Shown piece after piece: positions 18,139 to 28,012 of a stretch of DNA of 64,000 nucleotides (positions within the stretch are counted from its first letter, which is position 1; the number at the start of each line of letters is the position of its first letter). This DNA comes from Treponema sp. (lineage in GTDB: Bacteria; Spirochaetota; Spirochaetia; Treponematales; Treponemataceae). The stretch covers positions 113,167 to 177,166 of the forward strand of contig JAGAZB010000009.1 in assembly GCA_017940255.1 (NCBI GenBank), written 5' to 3'. A program made the translations under genes and the position numbers. The notes under the pieces were generated by a model, which was not told the origin of the DNA, did not search any database, and was given only the letters and a program-made list of their open reading frames with translations.

Positions 18139-21100
18139 TAAGCAGCTCCAAGCGGACTGTAACGCTTTGAATTGATTCCTTTTCTGATACCGTTGTAAAC
18201 GGAGTCTATCAGCTGATTTTCTGTAACTACAGAACCGCCGACATTAACGGTTACATAAAGCGGAGATTCTGACTTGTTGTTATTTCCATTACTTGACAGA
18301 GAGAGCTCGCCTCGGCGTATTCCTTCTGAGAATGTGCGTGGAATGATGATTTCGCCCTGATGAACCATAGCCATCTGGTCTTCTGGAATGCTCCAGGAAC
18401 CGACATCCCAACCGAAGAAATCTTTAATTCCACCCCAAAGCCCCCCGGTTAGAACGTTTGCAATGTTGTCTCCGACAGAATCGTGTGTATCAACAAGGCC
18501 TCCTGTAAGGATAGAGACTCCAGTTTGTACTGGATCTGACGATATGGTAGGTATGCCAGGCAAAGAAACACCTATTCCTGGTAGTCCTGGTAATCCACCA
18601 GAGCCACCGCTACCTCCTCCAAATCCTGGTATTAGACCTGTTGTTAACTTCGTAATGGCTTCAATAATCTTTACAATAGAATCTGTTATAGCTGAGTTCA
18701 GACTTGTAATTGAGCTTGTAACGCCAGATATAGTGCTTGAAATACTCTCAGTAATTGAGGATGTCAGACTTGTAATTGAGCTCGTAATAGTATTTGTCAT
18801 AGTAGTTATGCTTGATGTTACAAGTTCGTTAATTCCAGAAATGGCTTCAGTAATATTGCCAAGTCCAAGATTCATGTCACCCAGTTTCAGACCTGCACTT
18901 GTTGCTTCTTCAGAAGTTTTCTCTGTTGAGTCAGCAGTATCTTTTGTATTATTTTTTATCTCTTCCAGTTTTTTATTCATCTCTTTTTCGATGGCGTAGA
19001 TTTTTTCATCTGCTTCGGATGCGTATTTTTCTGCCTGCTTCTCGTACTGTTCACGTGAAATAAGACCGAGCTCGTACTGGCTCTTAAGAGCTGCAAGCTG
19101 ACTGTCGAGCTGCTCTTTTACAGCATCCTGCATTCGCTGGTATTTCTTTTTGAGCATTTCCTGCTGCTTCGTGATTTCTTCAGTAAGTTCATCAGTAGCG
19201 ATTACTATCTTTTCGAATGCCTCAAGGTAATCGAGGTTGGCCCCGAAAATGCCATTTATAAAACCGATGATTGCATTTATAAGATTAGTTATAACTTCAC
19301 TGATTGGTACGATAACAGCGTTATAAATATCTATGAGAATTTTTCCAATAAACTCTATTATTTTGAAAATAGGTTTTAAGCCCTGAAAAAGAAGTTTTGT
19401 AAATTCATTACTAAGTGCAATGATGATTGCAAAAATCGGAGTAAGCGCATCTGCCAGTGCATCAAGAATTTTTTCAATAATATTCATGGCATTTTTAAGC
19501 AGAGGTTCAAGGCGCGTAAATACCTTTTTCAATGTTTCTGTAATAAGGTTTAATCCCTTCTGGAAGGATTCAAGAGATCCTACTGCTTTTATCAAAATTG
19601 AAATAAGGGCTCCCCAGATTGAGCCTCCGGATTTCAGAGTATCAACAATTGTTCCAACGTCGGTTCCCTGCATTGCAGAGTTTGCGGCGGTGGCTGCTTC
19701 CTGGGCAACTGTCGGACGTTCAGATGCAGCCTTCTTTCGAGCTTCATTGATTTTTTCATCGTATTCTTTTGTAAGCTCGTAATTTGCTTTAATATATGCT
19801 GCTTCGGTTGCATAAGAGTCACCATATAATTTCTTAGCGGCCTCTGCATTTTTTTTCAAAGCTTCCGACTTCTGACGTTCAAGAGCTCCCACAGGGTCGC
19901 CTTTATCTATCCAATCCTGAAGAACCTTTTTTGCTTTTTCGGCTTCTTCCGCTAGTTTTTTCTGTCGGTCTTCTTCCTCTTTTTTAAGCTTGTCAGATAA
20001 CTCTTTCTCTTTTTCTGCAATTTTTTTGTTGTAGTATTCGTTTAAGGCAGCCTTTTCTGACATGTAGGCTCCCCATTTTTCAATATCTCCGTCATATAGA
20101 GAAGAGGCTTTTTCAGCAAGTTTTTCTAGGGCCTGCTGCTGTTCAAACTGAAGCTCTTCTATAGGGCTTTTAGCATTTTCTAAAGCAAGCTTATTCTGCC
20201 ATTCAGTACCAAGCTTTGAGGCAGCTTCTATCATTTGTGCTGCATGGTCTTTGAGTTTCTGCTGATCTTCTTTCTGTGCCTGTGTAATACGACGGCTTGC
20301 AGCATCTCTTTTCTGTTCATAGTCTGCAAGTAAATCCTCAGCTTCTTTCACTTGAGTTTTCAACTTTGCATATTCCGGATTGTCTTTCTGCCATGATGTA
20401 TTGCCGGAAGCTGAAGATACCCATACTTTCTGAGGCGTTTTTTCAAGTTTTTGTTTTAGATTGGTTACTGTTGTCTTTTGTGAGGCAGACTGCTTACTAT
20501 AATTTTCATAAGCCGCCATTGCCTCTGACTGATTTGCAGTTTTGAGCCAGTCTTTGTAAGAGTTGTCGAGCTCTTTCATCTTCTTGGCATGCTCAGCGGC
20601 TGCATCGGCAGCTTTCTGGTGTGCACTCGCATTTGCAACAAGTGCAGTTGTTACTACACCTACAACTACAGAGATTGCTCCAATTATTGGCATTGCTGTA
20701 TTGATAGCAGTTCCGAGACCTGCAACAGCAATGGTTGCAGCTTTAACACTTGCAATGAGTTTTACGATTGCAACGACAGCAAGGGCATTTACTGCAACTG
20801 TAATGGCTGCAATTGCGGCCGCAAGAAGACCTTTGAGAATTGGAGAACTGTTAATTTTATCTACAAGGTTTGTAAATACTGTAAGAACTGCAGAAACTGC
20901 CGGCGCAAGCATTTGGCCAAAACTAGCCTTGAGTGATTTTACAGATTCCTGAAGGCCTGCCTGTACGGCATCAAGTCTCATTGCGGCCTTTTCAAGGGTT
21001 CCGTAATAAAGACCGCCTTCTGAAGCAAGGGCATTTAAGGCATCGTCTAAATCCTGGAAGCTGATTTTTCCTTCGCTCGCCATTTTTACGATTTCTGCTG

Positions 21101-21938
21101 AACTCTTTCCTAACTGCTGTCCGAGTGCATCCAAAATCTGTACGCCCTGATCTGTGTAGACGTTGAGAACTTCCATGTCGGCTTTGCCTTTTGCACTTGC
21201 CTTTGAGAATGCGTTTATGTATGACTGGAACTTCTGCGCGTCACCCTGAGCAATATCGCCGAAGCGTGTGAGATAGTCTGTCAAATCTTTGAGAGGCACT
21301 TTTGCAGAAACAAGAACCTTTGCTGCCTGTGAAGTCTGCTCAATGTCGAATGGAGTCCAGAAGTTGAACTCCTGCAGTTCGTTGAAAAGTCCGATTCCGG
21401 CTTCTACATCTCCAAGCATTATTCCGAAGTCGTCTTTGATTTTCTGGAACGAGTTGTTTACATCGAGCGAAGATTTTGCAAGGTCTGCAACAGCCTTATC
21501 CACCTTTACGGCAGCGGCTACGGCTGCAAGAGAACCTATTTCATTTTTGAGTTTTTCGATTACTCCGAAAAGCCCCTGCTCCGAAGCTTCGGCTTTCTTT
21601 GTCTGCTCTTCGAGCTCCTTGTATTTCTGAACAAGATTCTGAACTTCTTTTGATTCCGGTTTAAGTCCGCTGTCTGTAAGGTCGAGGATTGTCTTTTTAA
21701 GATTCTGTGTGGTATTGCGTAAGTCTGATGAAGTAAGACCGAAAAGCTTCAGCTGATTTGCCGTGCGCTGAGCTTCTGCCTGCATAGTCTTAATGCTGGT
21801 AGCTACTCCTTTTGCATCTCCGGTGAAACCTTTTGCTTTATCAGCTGCGTTTTTTATATCGTTGCTAAACTCTTTTACCTGAGTAAGAGCCTGATTTGCG
21901 AGAAGCTTTATCTGTATTTCGAGAGTTTTCTTATCCAT
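18138..21938 (-). CDS. Tape measure protein
   Basis: 1266 aa, Ala-rich/coiled; TPFD...MASEGKIS tape-measure domain; C-terminal DVGSW...AMVHQGEIIIP. Confidence 0.92.
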   Translation of the reverse strand: MDKKTLEIQIKLLANQALTQVKEFSNDIKNAADKAKGFTGDAKGVATSIKTMQAEAQRTANQLKLFGLTSSDLRNTTQNLKKTILDLTDSGLKPESKEVQNLVQKYKELEEQTKKAEASEQGLFGVIEKLKNEIGSLAAVAAAVKVDKAVADLAKSSLDVNNSFQKIKDDFGIMLGDVEAGIGLFNELQEFNFWTPFDIEQTSQAAKVLVSAKVPLKDLTDYLTRFGDIAQGDAQKFQSYINAFSKASAKGKADMEVLNVYTDQGVQILDALGQQLGKSSAEIVKMASEGKISFQDLDDALNALASEGGLYYGTLEKAAMRLDAVQAGLQESVKSLKASFGQMLAPAVSAVLTVFTNLVDKINSSPILKGLLAAAIAAITVAVNALAVVAIVKLIASVKAATIAVAGLGTAINTAMPIIGAISVVVGVVTTALVANASAHQKAADAAAEHAKKMKELDNSYKDWLKTANQSEAMAAYENYSKQSASQKTTVTNLKQKLEKTPQKVWVSSASGNTSWQKDNPEYAKLKTQVKEAEDLLADYEQKRDAASRRITQAQKEDQQKLKDHAAQMIEAASKLGTEWQNKLALENAKSPIEELQFEQQQALEKLAEKASSLYDGDIEKWGAYMSEKAALNEYYNKKIAEKEKELSDKLKKEEEDRQKKLAEEAEKAKKVLQDWIDKGDPVGALERQKSEALKKNAEAAKKLYGDSYATEAAYIKANYELTKEYDEKINEARKKAASERPTVAQEAATAANSAMQGTDVGTIVDTLKSGGSIWGALISILIKAVGSLESFQKGLNLITETLKKVFTRLEPLLKNAMNIIEKILDALADALTPIFAIIIALSNEFTKLLFQGLKPIFKIIEFIGKILIDIYNAVIVPISEVITNLINAIIGFINGIFGANLDYLEAFEKIVIATDELTEEITKQQEMLKKKYQRMQDAVKEQLDSQLAALKSQYELGLISREQYEKQAEKYASEADEKIYAIEKEMNKKLEEIKNNTKDTADSTEKTSEEATSAGLKLGDMNLGLGNITEAISGINELVTSSITTMTNTITSSITSLTSSITESISSTISGVTSSITSLNSAITDSIVKIIEAITKLTTGLIPGFGGGSGGSGGLPGLPGIGVSLPGIPTISSDPVQTGVSILTGGLVDTHDSVGDNIANVLTGGLWGGIKDFFGWDVGSWSIPEDQMAMVHQGEIIIPRTFSEGIRRGELSLSSNGNNNKSESPLYVTVNVGGSVVTENQLIDSVYNGIRKGINSKRYSPLGAA

Positions 21939-21983
21939 GCAAAATCCGCAAAGATAAAGAGGTGGGGGTTAATCTTTGACTTA

Positions 21984-22023
21984 ATGATAATTTAAACGGA
22001 ATTAAAATGATGAAATTCTGGCA
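21984..22023 (-). promoter_or_regulatory. Phage promoter motif copy upstream of the tape measure gene
   Basis: TGCC-AGAAT-TTCATC-19 nt-TATCAT. Confidence 0.65.
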
Positions 22024-22056
22024 AAAAAAAGGCGCAGAAAATGTTCTTTCTGCGCT
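22023..22056 (-). terminator. Intrinsic terminator after the tail chaperone genes
   Basis: GCGCAGAAA/TTTCTGCGC stem followed by T8 on the - strand. Confidence 0.75.
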
Positions 22057-22061
22057 CTGAA

Positions 22062-22394
22062 TTACTTTTTATTCTTTGTTTTTTCCCTCTCTTCGGCTTC
22101 CCATTTGCTCTGTTCCACACGAAAGAGTGCAATTACCGTAGTAATTTCGTCGGGCTGTTCAGCCCAGCCGCCAGCAAAAGGCAGACAGCTCATGTTCTCT
22201 GTCATAAAGTAGATGTTCAGGGCACTCCAGAAGTATTCGTCAAGGTAACCTTTGATTTCGGAACGTTTGATGAATATTTCTTTTCCTTCTTCATCTTTGA
22301 CGTGTGTGTTCCACAGAACCTCCGCACGTCTGCCTTTGTACTCGTGCTTGTAAATGCCTTCCTTGTAGGCGCGGAAGGCTATTTGGAGTTTTTT
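22062..22394 (-). CDS. Tail assembly chaperone frameshift extension (gpT-like), absent from the ORF track
   Basis: The -1 frame after A-AAA-AAC (22394-22388) is open to TAA 22062 and encodes LPFAGGWAEQP. Confidence 0.8.
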   Translation of the reverse strand, partial: KKLQIAFRAYKEGIYKHEYKGRRAEVLWNTHVKDEEGKEIFIKRSEIKGYLDEYFWSALNIYFMTENMSCLPFAGGWAEQPDEITTVIALFRVEQSKWEAEEREKTKNKK

Positions 22395-22783
22395 TCGTCC
22401 ACCTTCTTGTTAAGTTCTTCTTCGAACTTCTTAACGATTTCGTCTGTAAGTTCGTTGAACTCAGAAGGGGCTTCCATAAGCTCCTTTGCATTGTTGATGG
22501 AATGTTCTGTTCCACTTTCATCTGCATAAGCACAGCCTGAGATTGAAACGAGCATTTCACGCAAGGCAGCTGCCTTGTTGATTTCCCCCATCACGATGTC
22601 TACACCGTCGAGCTTTCCATCTGTGTCCGCGTGGCTTTTTACTTCCGGGCGGGCGATAAGACGTTCGCGCATTGCGACTGTAGGGTTCTTGTATTTTACG
22701 ACAATTCTTTCAGTTGCCGGAAGGTCTTTGTTTCCGTTGAACTCTGGTTCGAATGTCTTAACCTTAGAAACTGTAATTACCAT
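22379..22783 (-). CDS. Tail assembly chaperone (gpG-like)
   Basis: Lies between tail tube and tape measure genes; ends EKNSK over a slippery heptamer. Confidence 0.8.
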   Translation of the reverse strand: MVITVSKVKTFEPEFNGNKDLPATERIVVKYKNPTVAMRERLIARPEVKSHADTDGKLDGVDIVMGEINKAAALREMLVSISGCAYADESGTEHSINNAKELMEAPSEFNELTDEIVKKFEEELNKKVDEKNSK

Positions 22784-22792
22784 TTCTTTCTC

Positions 22793-23506
22793 CTATGATG
22801 TGAGCCCTGGAATATCGAGGCTGTAGAATACCGGGTCCTGACCTGTAAGACGCATTGAAGAGTCGAAGCTCTGTGCGTTTCCGGTTGAACCGCCGAGCTT
22901 TACATTGAACAGGTATACCTGGCCAAAGATGAATGCTTCTGTTTCACCAGGAACGTCGGTCTTGTTTACATAACCGAGGAAGTAAACAGGTTCGTTTGCT
23001 ACATCGGTAATGGTTACAGTTGAAGTTGAACCTTCAATCTTGCGGCGGAATGTTTTGATTGTTTTAGCAATCATTCCATCTGCTTCGTCTGAAACTCCGA
23101 GAGTCATAATGGAATTAACGGTTCCACTTGCATCTTTTTTGCCGAGTCGATACTTCTTGAACTTGTCTACAAGACGAGTTACATCAATTTCAGACTGTGT
23201 AATATCAATCTGCCAGCCGGTACAGTCTGCAACGTGAGTAAGGTTAAGTTTTTTAACCTTATCACCTGCTGCAAGAACTTCTGTTCCAAGTGCTGGATAG
23301 AGTTCTCCAACCTTAGCTTTTGCAGGGAAGAATGAACTGCTTTCAGCCTTTGCAGTAATTACATACATTCCCTCTCCGCCGGAAGTTGCACCTTCTCCGC
23401 CAACAAGAGCATGAAGGGTTTTTGTACCATCTCCTGCATATTCTGTTGCCGCAAGCTTTCCTGTATAGAAAGCACCGTCATCTCCAACCAATGGTTTTTC
23501 TTCCAT
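22793..23506 (-). CDS. Putative major tail (tube) protein
   Basis: GGAGG RBS before ATG 23506; WQIDITQSEIDVT...YRLGKKDASGTV tube-like motif; position. Confidence 0.7.
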   Translation of the reverse strand: MEEKPLVGDDGAFYTGKLAATEYAGDGTKTLHALVGGEGATSGGEGMYVITAKAESSSFFPAKAKVGELYPALGTEVLAAGDKVKKLNLTHVADCTGWQIDITQSEIDVTRLVDKFKKYRLGKKDASGTVNSIMTLGVSDEADGMIAKTIKTFRRKIEGSTSTVTITDVANEPVYFLGYVNKTDVPGETEAFIFGQVYLFNVKLGGSTGNAQSFDSSMRLTGQDPVFYSLDIPGLTS

Positions 23507-23507
23507 G

Positions 23508-23669
23508 TTAGTTTTCCTCCTTTTCTGCAAGGCCGGAAGCTTCTTCCTGCTTGCCCTTAGATTTCTGTTTTTTATTGTCTGTAGATTTTTCTACTGACCC
23601 ATTTTCAGTTTCCGGTTCTACCTTTACAGTTTTGCCGTTTTCTGTTTTGTACGTTGTTGTACTTGTCAT
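23508..23669 (-). CDS. 53-aa charged hypothetical protein
   Basis: GGAGG RBS; ATG overlaps the upstream stop; fills the gap in the operon. Confidence 0.5.
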   Translation of the reverse strand: MTSTTTYKTENGKTVKVEPETENGSVEKSTDNKKQKSKGKQEEASGLAEKEEN

Positions 23670-24148
23670 GATTCCTCCGGGACTGTGATTATTACAGTCC
23701 TGTCGTCCTGTACATCCTGAACATCTGTAGAATCAGGATTTGAAAAGAAACTGTCTTCCTGGCTTATTCTCTGGAGAATTCTTGTATTCGGAATTTTCCT
23801 GATTGTCTGCATGGAATTAGCTCCTTCCACAATTTCTTCCAGACGCAGACTGTCCTGCTCAAAAAAATCATCGAGCTTTTCTATAAGTCCGGTGGCCATT
23901 TTTAAGCCGGTTTGACTTTCTACAGTGCCACTTACCGAAACTCTGAGCCTTACACTTCTTGCATTGCTCTTAGCCTGGTATTCTTTGTCTGGAAATGTTT
24001 TCAAGAGGGAGACTTTGATTACTACGCCTTTTTCGTTTACGCTTGAAGGTGTAATAACAACCTTTGTCTTGCACTCGTCGCTGGAAGCAATTGAGCGTTC
24101 GAGCTGCTGTGCAAAAAGCGTCATAACGTCATAGGATTTCATCTGCAA
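23666..24148 (-). CDS. Putative tail terminator/neck protein
   Basis: Assigned by position in the head-tail operon only. Confidence 0.5.
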   Translation of the reverse strand: MQMKSYDVMTLFAQQLERSIASSDECKTKVVITPSSVNEKGVVIKVSLLKTFPDKEYQAKSNARSVRLRVSVSGTVESQTGLKMATGLIEKLDDFFEQDSLRLEEIVEGANSMQTIRKIPNTRILQRISQEDSFFSNPDSTDVQDVQDDRTVIITVPEES

Positions 24149-24716
24149 CCTCTTTTGTTATTTGATTGAGTTCTTCATCTGTGAGATAGAAGAACTCCCT
24201 TTTCGGTATTTCAACCGACTTTTTCAGATAATATGCCACGTGCGCTTCTGAACCTTTTTCCTTTTCTCTGTAGAAAACGGCACGTCCGGCGCGGTACACC
24301 CAGAAACCTTCACTCCGTAAACCGTTCAGAACGTCTCCCGGCTTTCTTCCAAACTTGCGCTCATAATAGCGCATTCTTGGACCGGGAATAAAAAGCCATT
24401 CCTTTTTAGCCGTTATAACACCGCCATTGTTTTGAATTGCAGCATACTTAACGGTTGTTCCTACGGAAACGGTCTCCTTGTTTACAAGCTCTGCAGTGAT
24501 TGAATCACGCAGGTGAAGTGTATCACGTAAAGGTCTGCCTTTTTTATCTCCGCGGTAATCCTTTGTGACCTGACTGAGTGGTTCAAAACCTTCCCCCTCA
24601 TACAGATGCGTTCGGATGATGTCTGCTGCCATTGTTCCGGCAAGTGCAACCTTTCCGGGATCTGAAAGTTCAGCTGTTATCTTCATGAGCTCTGCATTCA
24701 CATCAGTGAAATTCAA
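24129..24716 (-). CDS. Virion morphogenesis protein (Mu gpG/tail completion family)
   Basis: PLRDTLHLRDSI, VGTTVKYAAIQNNGG and IPKREFF motifs. Confidence 0.85.
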   Translation of the reverse strand: MNFTDVNAELMKITAELSDPGKVALAGTMAADIIRTHLYEGEGFEPLSQVTKDYRGDKKGRPLRDTLHLRDSITAELVNKETVSVGTTVKYAAIQNNGGVITAKKEWLFIPGPRMRYYERKFGRKPGDVLNGLRSEGFWVYRAGRAVFYREKEKGSEAHVAYYLKKSVEIPKREFFYLTDEELNQITKEVADEIL

Positions 24717-25189
24717 AGGGTAAATCTCCTTGCCTGGTCAAGCCGCTTCTGGCGCGGATTTCGGGGCGGCCTTACAACTGCCCCGGAAGGAACCTTTATC
24801 TGTTCCTGGTTGTCTGAATCGGGAAACGAGCCGTAGGCAGCAACAACAGTGTTGTACATCTGCTTGCGGTATTCGCGCCCCGCTTCTTCGTGACCTAAAG
24901 CCATGTGCAGCTCGTAGATAGTCTGCATCAGCACGATTTCGCGTACTGTCGCATTATCTAAATTGAACCGCACTCCAAGCCATGAAAGAATGGTTCCTAT
25001 GTAGACCTGGGCGCGGCTTATTGCGTCAGGCACAAAATCCGGATTTCCGTCCGCAAGCTGTTTGTAGAGATTTGAAGAAAGCCGTTTTTCAACTTCGTCC
25101 GCCGCTATGGGTGTGCCAAACGGTGCAAAGGGAACTTCTCTCTTTTTCTCCGGCGCGGTTGGTATTCCTGCAAGTCCTAATTCTTCCAT
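24713..25189 (-). CDS. Head-tail connector (Mu gp36-like)
   Basis: Position after the capsid gene; AISRAQVYIGTIL pattern. Confidence 0.6.
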   Translation of the reverse strand: MEELGLAGIPTAPEKKREVPFAPFGTPIAADEVEKRLSSNLYKQLADGNPDFVPDAISRAQVYIGTILSWLGVRFNLDNATVREIVLMQTIYELHMALGHEEAGREYRKQMYNTVVAAYGSFPDSDNQEQIKVPSGAVVRPPRNPRQKRLDQARRFTL

Positions 25190-25199
25190 GGTTCAATTC

Positions 25200-26174
25200 C
25201 TACTGAAGACAAGTAGAAACGCAAATTGCGTTTACATTTGGAATTGGCATAGGACGAGCCATACCAATAATTTCTTCACCTTCAGGATCGTCTTTGAGAA
25301 CTTCGCGAACTCCGAATGGGATTCCGGCAAAGTCTGCTTCGAGAGAGTCGAGCGCACAGTTGTAGAAACGGAAACCGTCATCTACACCGATTACCATAAC
25401 CTTCTTTTCAGCAATCAAAGGCTTGTTGGCTTTTGTTACATAGTCGAAGTATGTAGCAGCTGTAACATAAAGTTTTACAGCTCCAATTACGATGCTGTCT
25501 TCTGTAACTTCGATTGGAAGTTTTGTAGAAGCGTTGTTGCAAAGGTCAACAATTGCAGCATAAGTTGTGAAATCGATAAAACCGATAAACTTTGTTGCAT
25601 TTGACTTTTTCTTGATTTCGGCAACCATTGCGCCGACATCTTTGATTACGTCAGAAGCCTTTGCTCCAGAAGCGTCCCACTTTTTTGAGATTGTTGTAGA
25701 CTGAACGTTTCCGAAGTCTACAGTGTATTTTTCCATTGCACCGTCGGCATTGCGAACACCATACTCAATCTTTCCTGTCAAAGACTGAATGGCAAGAGCT
25801 TCTTTTGAAGCACGAACGGTACGGCGAAGCTGATCAACCTTGTTCAGGATGTATGTCTTCTGCTGACCTTCGTTGAAACTCTTCATATCATTGAGCTTGT
25901 TTGCACCAATGAAATGAGAAGGAGTAAGGTTCTGAGGTTCAATGAAGCGGAGCTTGTTTCCATCAAGCGGCATTGCGTAACTTGAAGCTCCACGGCTTAC
26001 AAGCGGAATGTTCTTGATTGAGGTTACAAGGTCTTCATATCCGATTGTTGAGAACGGATGATTTACCTGATCCGCATACACCAGGTCAAGAATTGGTGTA
26101 TGAAGTGGAGCCATTTTATTAAGCTCACCAACGAGAACACGAGGGTTCAAGAATTTTGCAAACTGTTTAGGCAT
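25200..26174 (-). CDS. Major capsid protein (E-like family)
   Basis: PLVSRG, EALAIQSLTGKI...VDFG...KW, C-terminal ARPMPIP; 324 aa. Confidence 0.85.
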   Translation of the reverse strand: MPKQFAKFLNPRVLVGELNKMAPLHTPILDLVYADQVNHPFSTIGYEDLVTSIKNIPLVSRGASSYAMPLDGNKLRFIEPQNLTPSHFIGANKLNDMKSFNEGQQKTYILNKVDQLRRTVRASKEALAIQSLTGKIEYGVRNADGAMEKYTVDFGNVQSTTISKKWDASGAKASDVIKDVGAMVAEIKKKSNATKFIGFIDFTTYAAIVDLCNNASTKLPIEVTEDSIVIGAVKLYVTAATYFDYVTKANKPLIAEKKVMVIGVDDGFRFYNCALDSLEADFAGIPFGVREVLKDDPEGEEIIGMARPMPIPNVNAICVSTCLQ

Positions 26175-26186
26175 TTTGTCCTCCTA

Positions 26187-26804
26187 TTACCAAATACCAT
26201 GACGAGAAAGGAACTTGAGCTGTTCTTCTGAAGCAGCTGAGCCGTTGTACTTGGCAATTCCTTCGCAGATTGTTCCGTGAAGAACAACGTTTACACCGTC
26301 ATCTTCAGATGCATCAAGTGCATCGTTTGCGATTCCAACAAAGCCTGCGCCTGGAATGGCTGTTGCAGTAACAGTCTTTGTATTTGCAGGTGCGGCAGTG
26401 AATGTTACACTTACATGGCCTGTTGCATAGTCAACAGTACCAGTTCCGCTTTCAGACTCTCCGCCGAGAGTTCCGTCACCGTTATCAGTAACTTCTTTTG
26501 CTGTTGAATCGTTTGTAACGATTTTTACAGAACCAGGAACAACTTCTCCAAAGTCAAAGTTGAAAGCTGTGGCTGTGCCGTCGCCTGTTCCGGTGAGAGT
26601 TTTCTTTGTAGCTTCAGCAGCTTTGGTAGCACCATAAGTTGCCTGATGGCTTGCGTTCTCTCTGCTTCCTTCAAAAAGCATTTCTCCGACTTTGATTTCA
26701 TCGTGCCCAGCTGAAGGGAACTGTACACGGTTGATTACTGGTGGATGTCTTCTGTCAGCGGCTTCCTGACCAGTCGGTTCAATTTCATTAATTACGCCAT
26801 TCAT
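26187..26804 (-). CDS. Head decoration protein with an internal beta-rich insert
   Basis: Between protease and capsid genes; ends VGIA...VVLHG...LSRHGIW, like decoration proteins. Confidence 0.65.
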   Translation of the reverse strand: MNGVINEIEPTGQEAADRRHPPVINRVQFPSAGHDEIKVGEMLFEGSRENASHQATYGATKAAEATKKTLTGTGDGTATAFNFDFGEVVPGSVKIVTNDSTAKEVTDNGDGTLGGESESGTGTVDYATGHVSVTFTAAPANTKTVTATAIPGAGFVGIANDALDASEDDGVNVVLHGTICEGIAKYNGSAASEEQLKFLSRHGIW

Positions 26805-26820
26805 GGATTGGCCTCCTTGC

Positions 26821-27192
26821 TTAAATTACATTGAAGTTGAGAGGTTCAACTTCTTTTGGCTCTGAATCAGAAAGATTCAAAGTTCCTGGTTCAACCTTCG
26901 GCTTCAAAGATTCGAAGATTCCGGTAAGAACAGAGATAGGATTCTCAGTCTTTTTCTTTCCATCGCTGTCGGAAAGCTCAATTGTCTTTCCGTCCTGGAA
27001 ACTGTCGCAGAGAGCCATAAGGCCATCCATCTGTGGCTGAGTTACCTTGCCTTCAGCTGCCTTGCGGAGTGCTTCTTTGTCGCGCTCGCGGGCTGCTGCC
27101 ATACTGTCGGAAAGCATTTTTTCTTTGCTTTCGTTCTCGGCTTTGAGGCGTTCGTTTTCAGCCTGCATAGCCTTGATTTCTTCTTCTGTCAT
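26821..27192 (-). CDS. Putative in-frame internal scaffold protein (Mu gpZ-like)
   Basis: Internal GGAGGT RBS before ATG 27192 (MTEEEIKAMQAENERLK, coiled coil). Confidence 0.6.
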   Translation of the reverse strand: MTEEEIKAMQAENERLKAENESKEKMLSDSMAAARERDKEALRKAAEGKVTQPQMDGLMALCDSFQDGKTIELSDSDGKKKTENPISVLTGIFESLKPKVEPGTLNLSDSEPKEVEPLNFNVI

Positions 27193-27726
27193 AGACAGAC
27201 CTCCATTATTATTTTCTTTTTGGTTTTCTGTGTCTGAAAGATAGAGCTGCTTTTCGGCTGTAGAAGGGTATGAGCGCACGTCCTCACTGTCTGAATTATC
27301 TGCGGCCGCTATGTTCTTTTCTGCTTCTGAAAGATTTTCTGCAATCTGAGATTCCAGATCTTTAATCTGTGGCGGTTCGTCGCCGAGGTAAGCAAGATGA
27401 TGAAGATACATCTTTCCGTCGGAAGCACGCTGCTTTGCTCCGATTGAAACGTCTGGATAATATCCGGCATCTACTGCAGCGGAAAGTTCATCCTGTTCTT
27501 CAACTTCGCCAAGAAGAGTCTTTGTCTTTTTGTCATAGGTGACAGAGATTACGTTAGCAAGGCGCGGACGGTTTTCTGTCCAGTGACCGCCGAGCTTTAC
27601 AGGAGCTTTCTTGATTTCCGGGAAAGTTTCTGCAATCTCTTCAAGTTCAGATTCCTTTACGACAACCGGATTGTCGATTGAGCCGAAGATTCCGGCTTTT
27701 GCTAATTCGCGTTTTCTGATTTTCAT
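26821..27726 (-). CDS. Prohead protease (Mu gpI-like)
   Basis: APVKLGGH, GYYPDVSIG, YLHHLAYLGDEPPQIKDL motifs. Confidence 0.85.
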   Translation of the reverse strand: MKIRKRELAKAGIFGSIDNPVVVKESELEEIAETFPEIKKAPVKLGGHWTENRPRLANVISVTYDKKTKTLLGEVEEQDELSAAVDAGYYPDVSIGAKQRASDGKMYLHHLAYLGDEPPQIKDLESQIAENLSEAEKNIAAADNSDSEDVRSYPSTAEKQLYLSDTENQKENNNGGLSMTEEEIKAMQAENERLKAENESKEKMLSDSMAAARERDKEALRKAAEGKVTQPQMDGLMALCDSFQDGKTIELSDSDGKKKTENPISVLTGIFESLKPKVEPGTLNLSDSEPKEVEPLNFNVI

Positions 27727-27732
27727 AACGAC

Positions 27733-27772
27733 AGTATGGCACTGTCAAAGCCGGTTCGCTGAAATTAGGGCA
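27733..27772 (-). promoter_or_regulatory. Phage promoter motif copy upstream of the protease gene (leaderless)
   Basis: TGCC-CTAAT-TTCAGC-19 nt-CATACT, then 6 nt to ATG. Confidence 0.6.
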
Positions 27773-28012
27773 AGGTGCGGAAAGTCTGAAAAAACACCAA
27801 AAAAGTCGTCTGTCAGATAAAACGACATTCTATTATGTAGCTACGCCAAAAACACCCTTAATTAAACGAAAATTAAACGGTTTTAACGCGTCTTTTGGTG
27901 AAAAATGGGTAATTTGCCAACCGAGGGCAAAATAGGCTGTTTTAACGTGTTTTTTGAAAAATGGCGTTTTTTGAATTGTGGTGATATAATGGGCTCTGGA
28001 GGTATAGTTTTT

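Noticed and set aside
22041-22560. ORFs 22041..22529 (+) and 22291..22560 (-)
   Set aside because: They are shadow or alternative frames. The -1 frameshift frame ending at 22062 carries the conserved chaperone motif.
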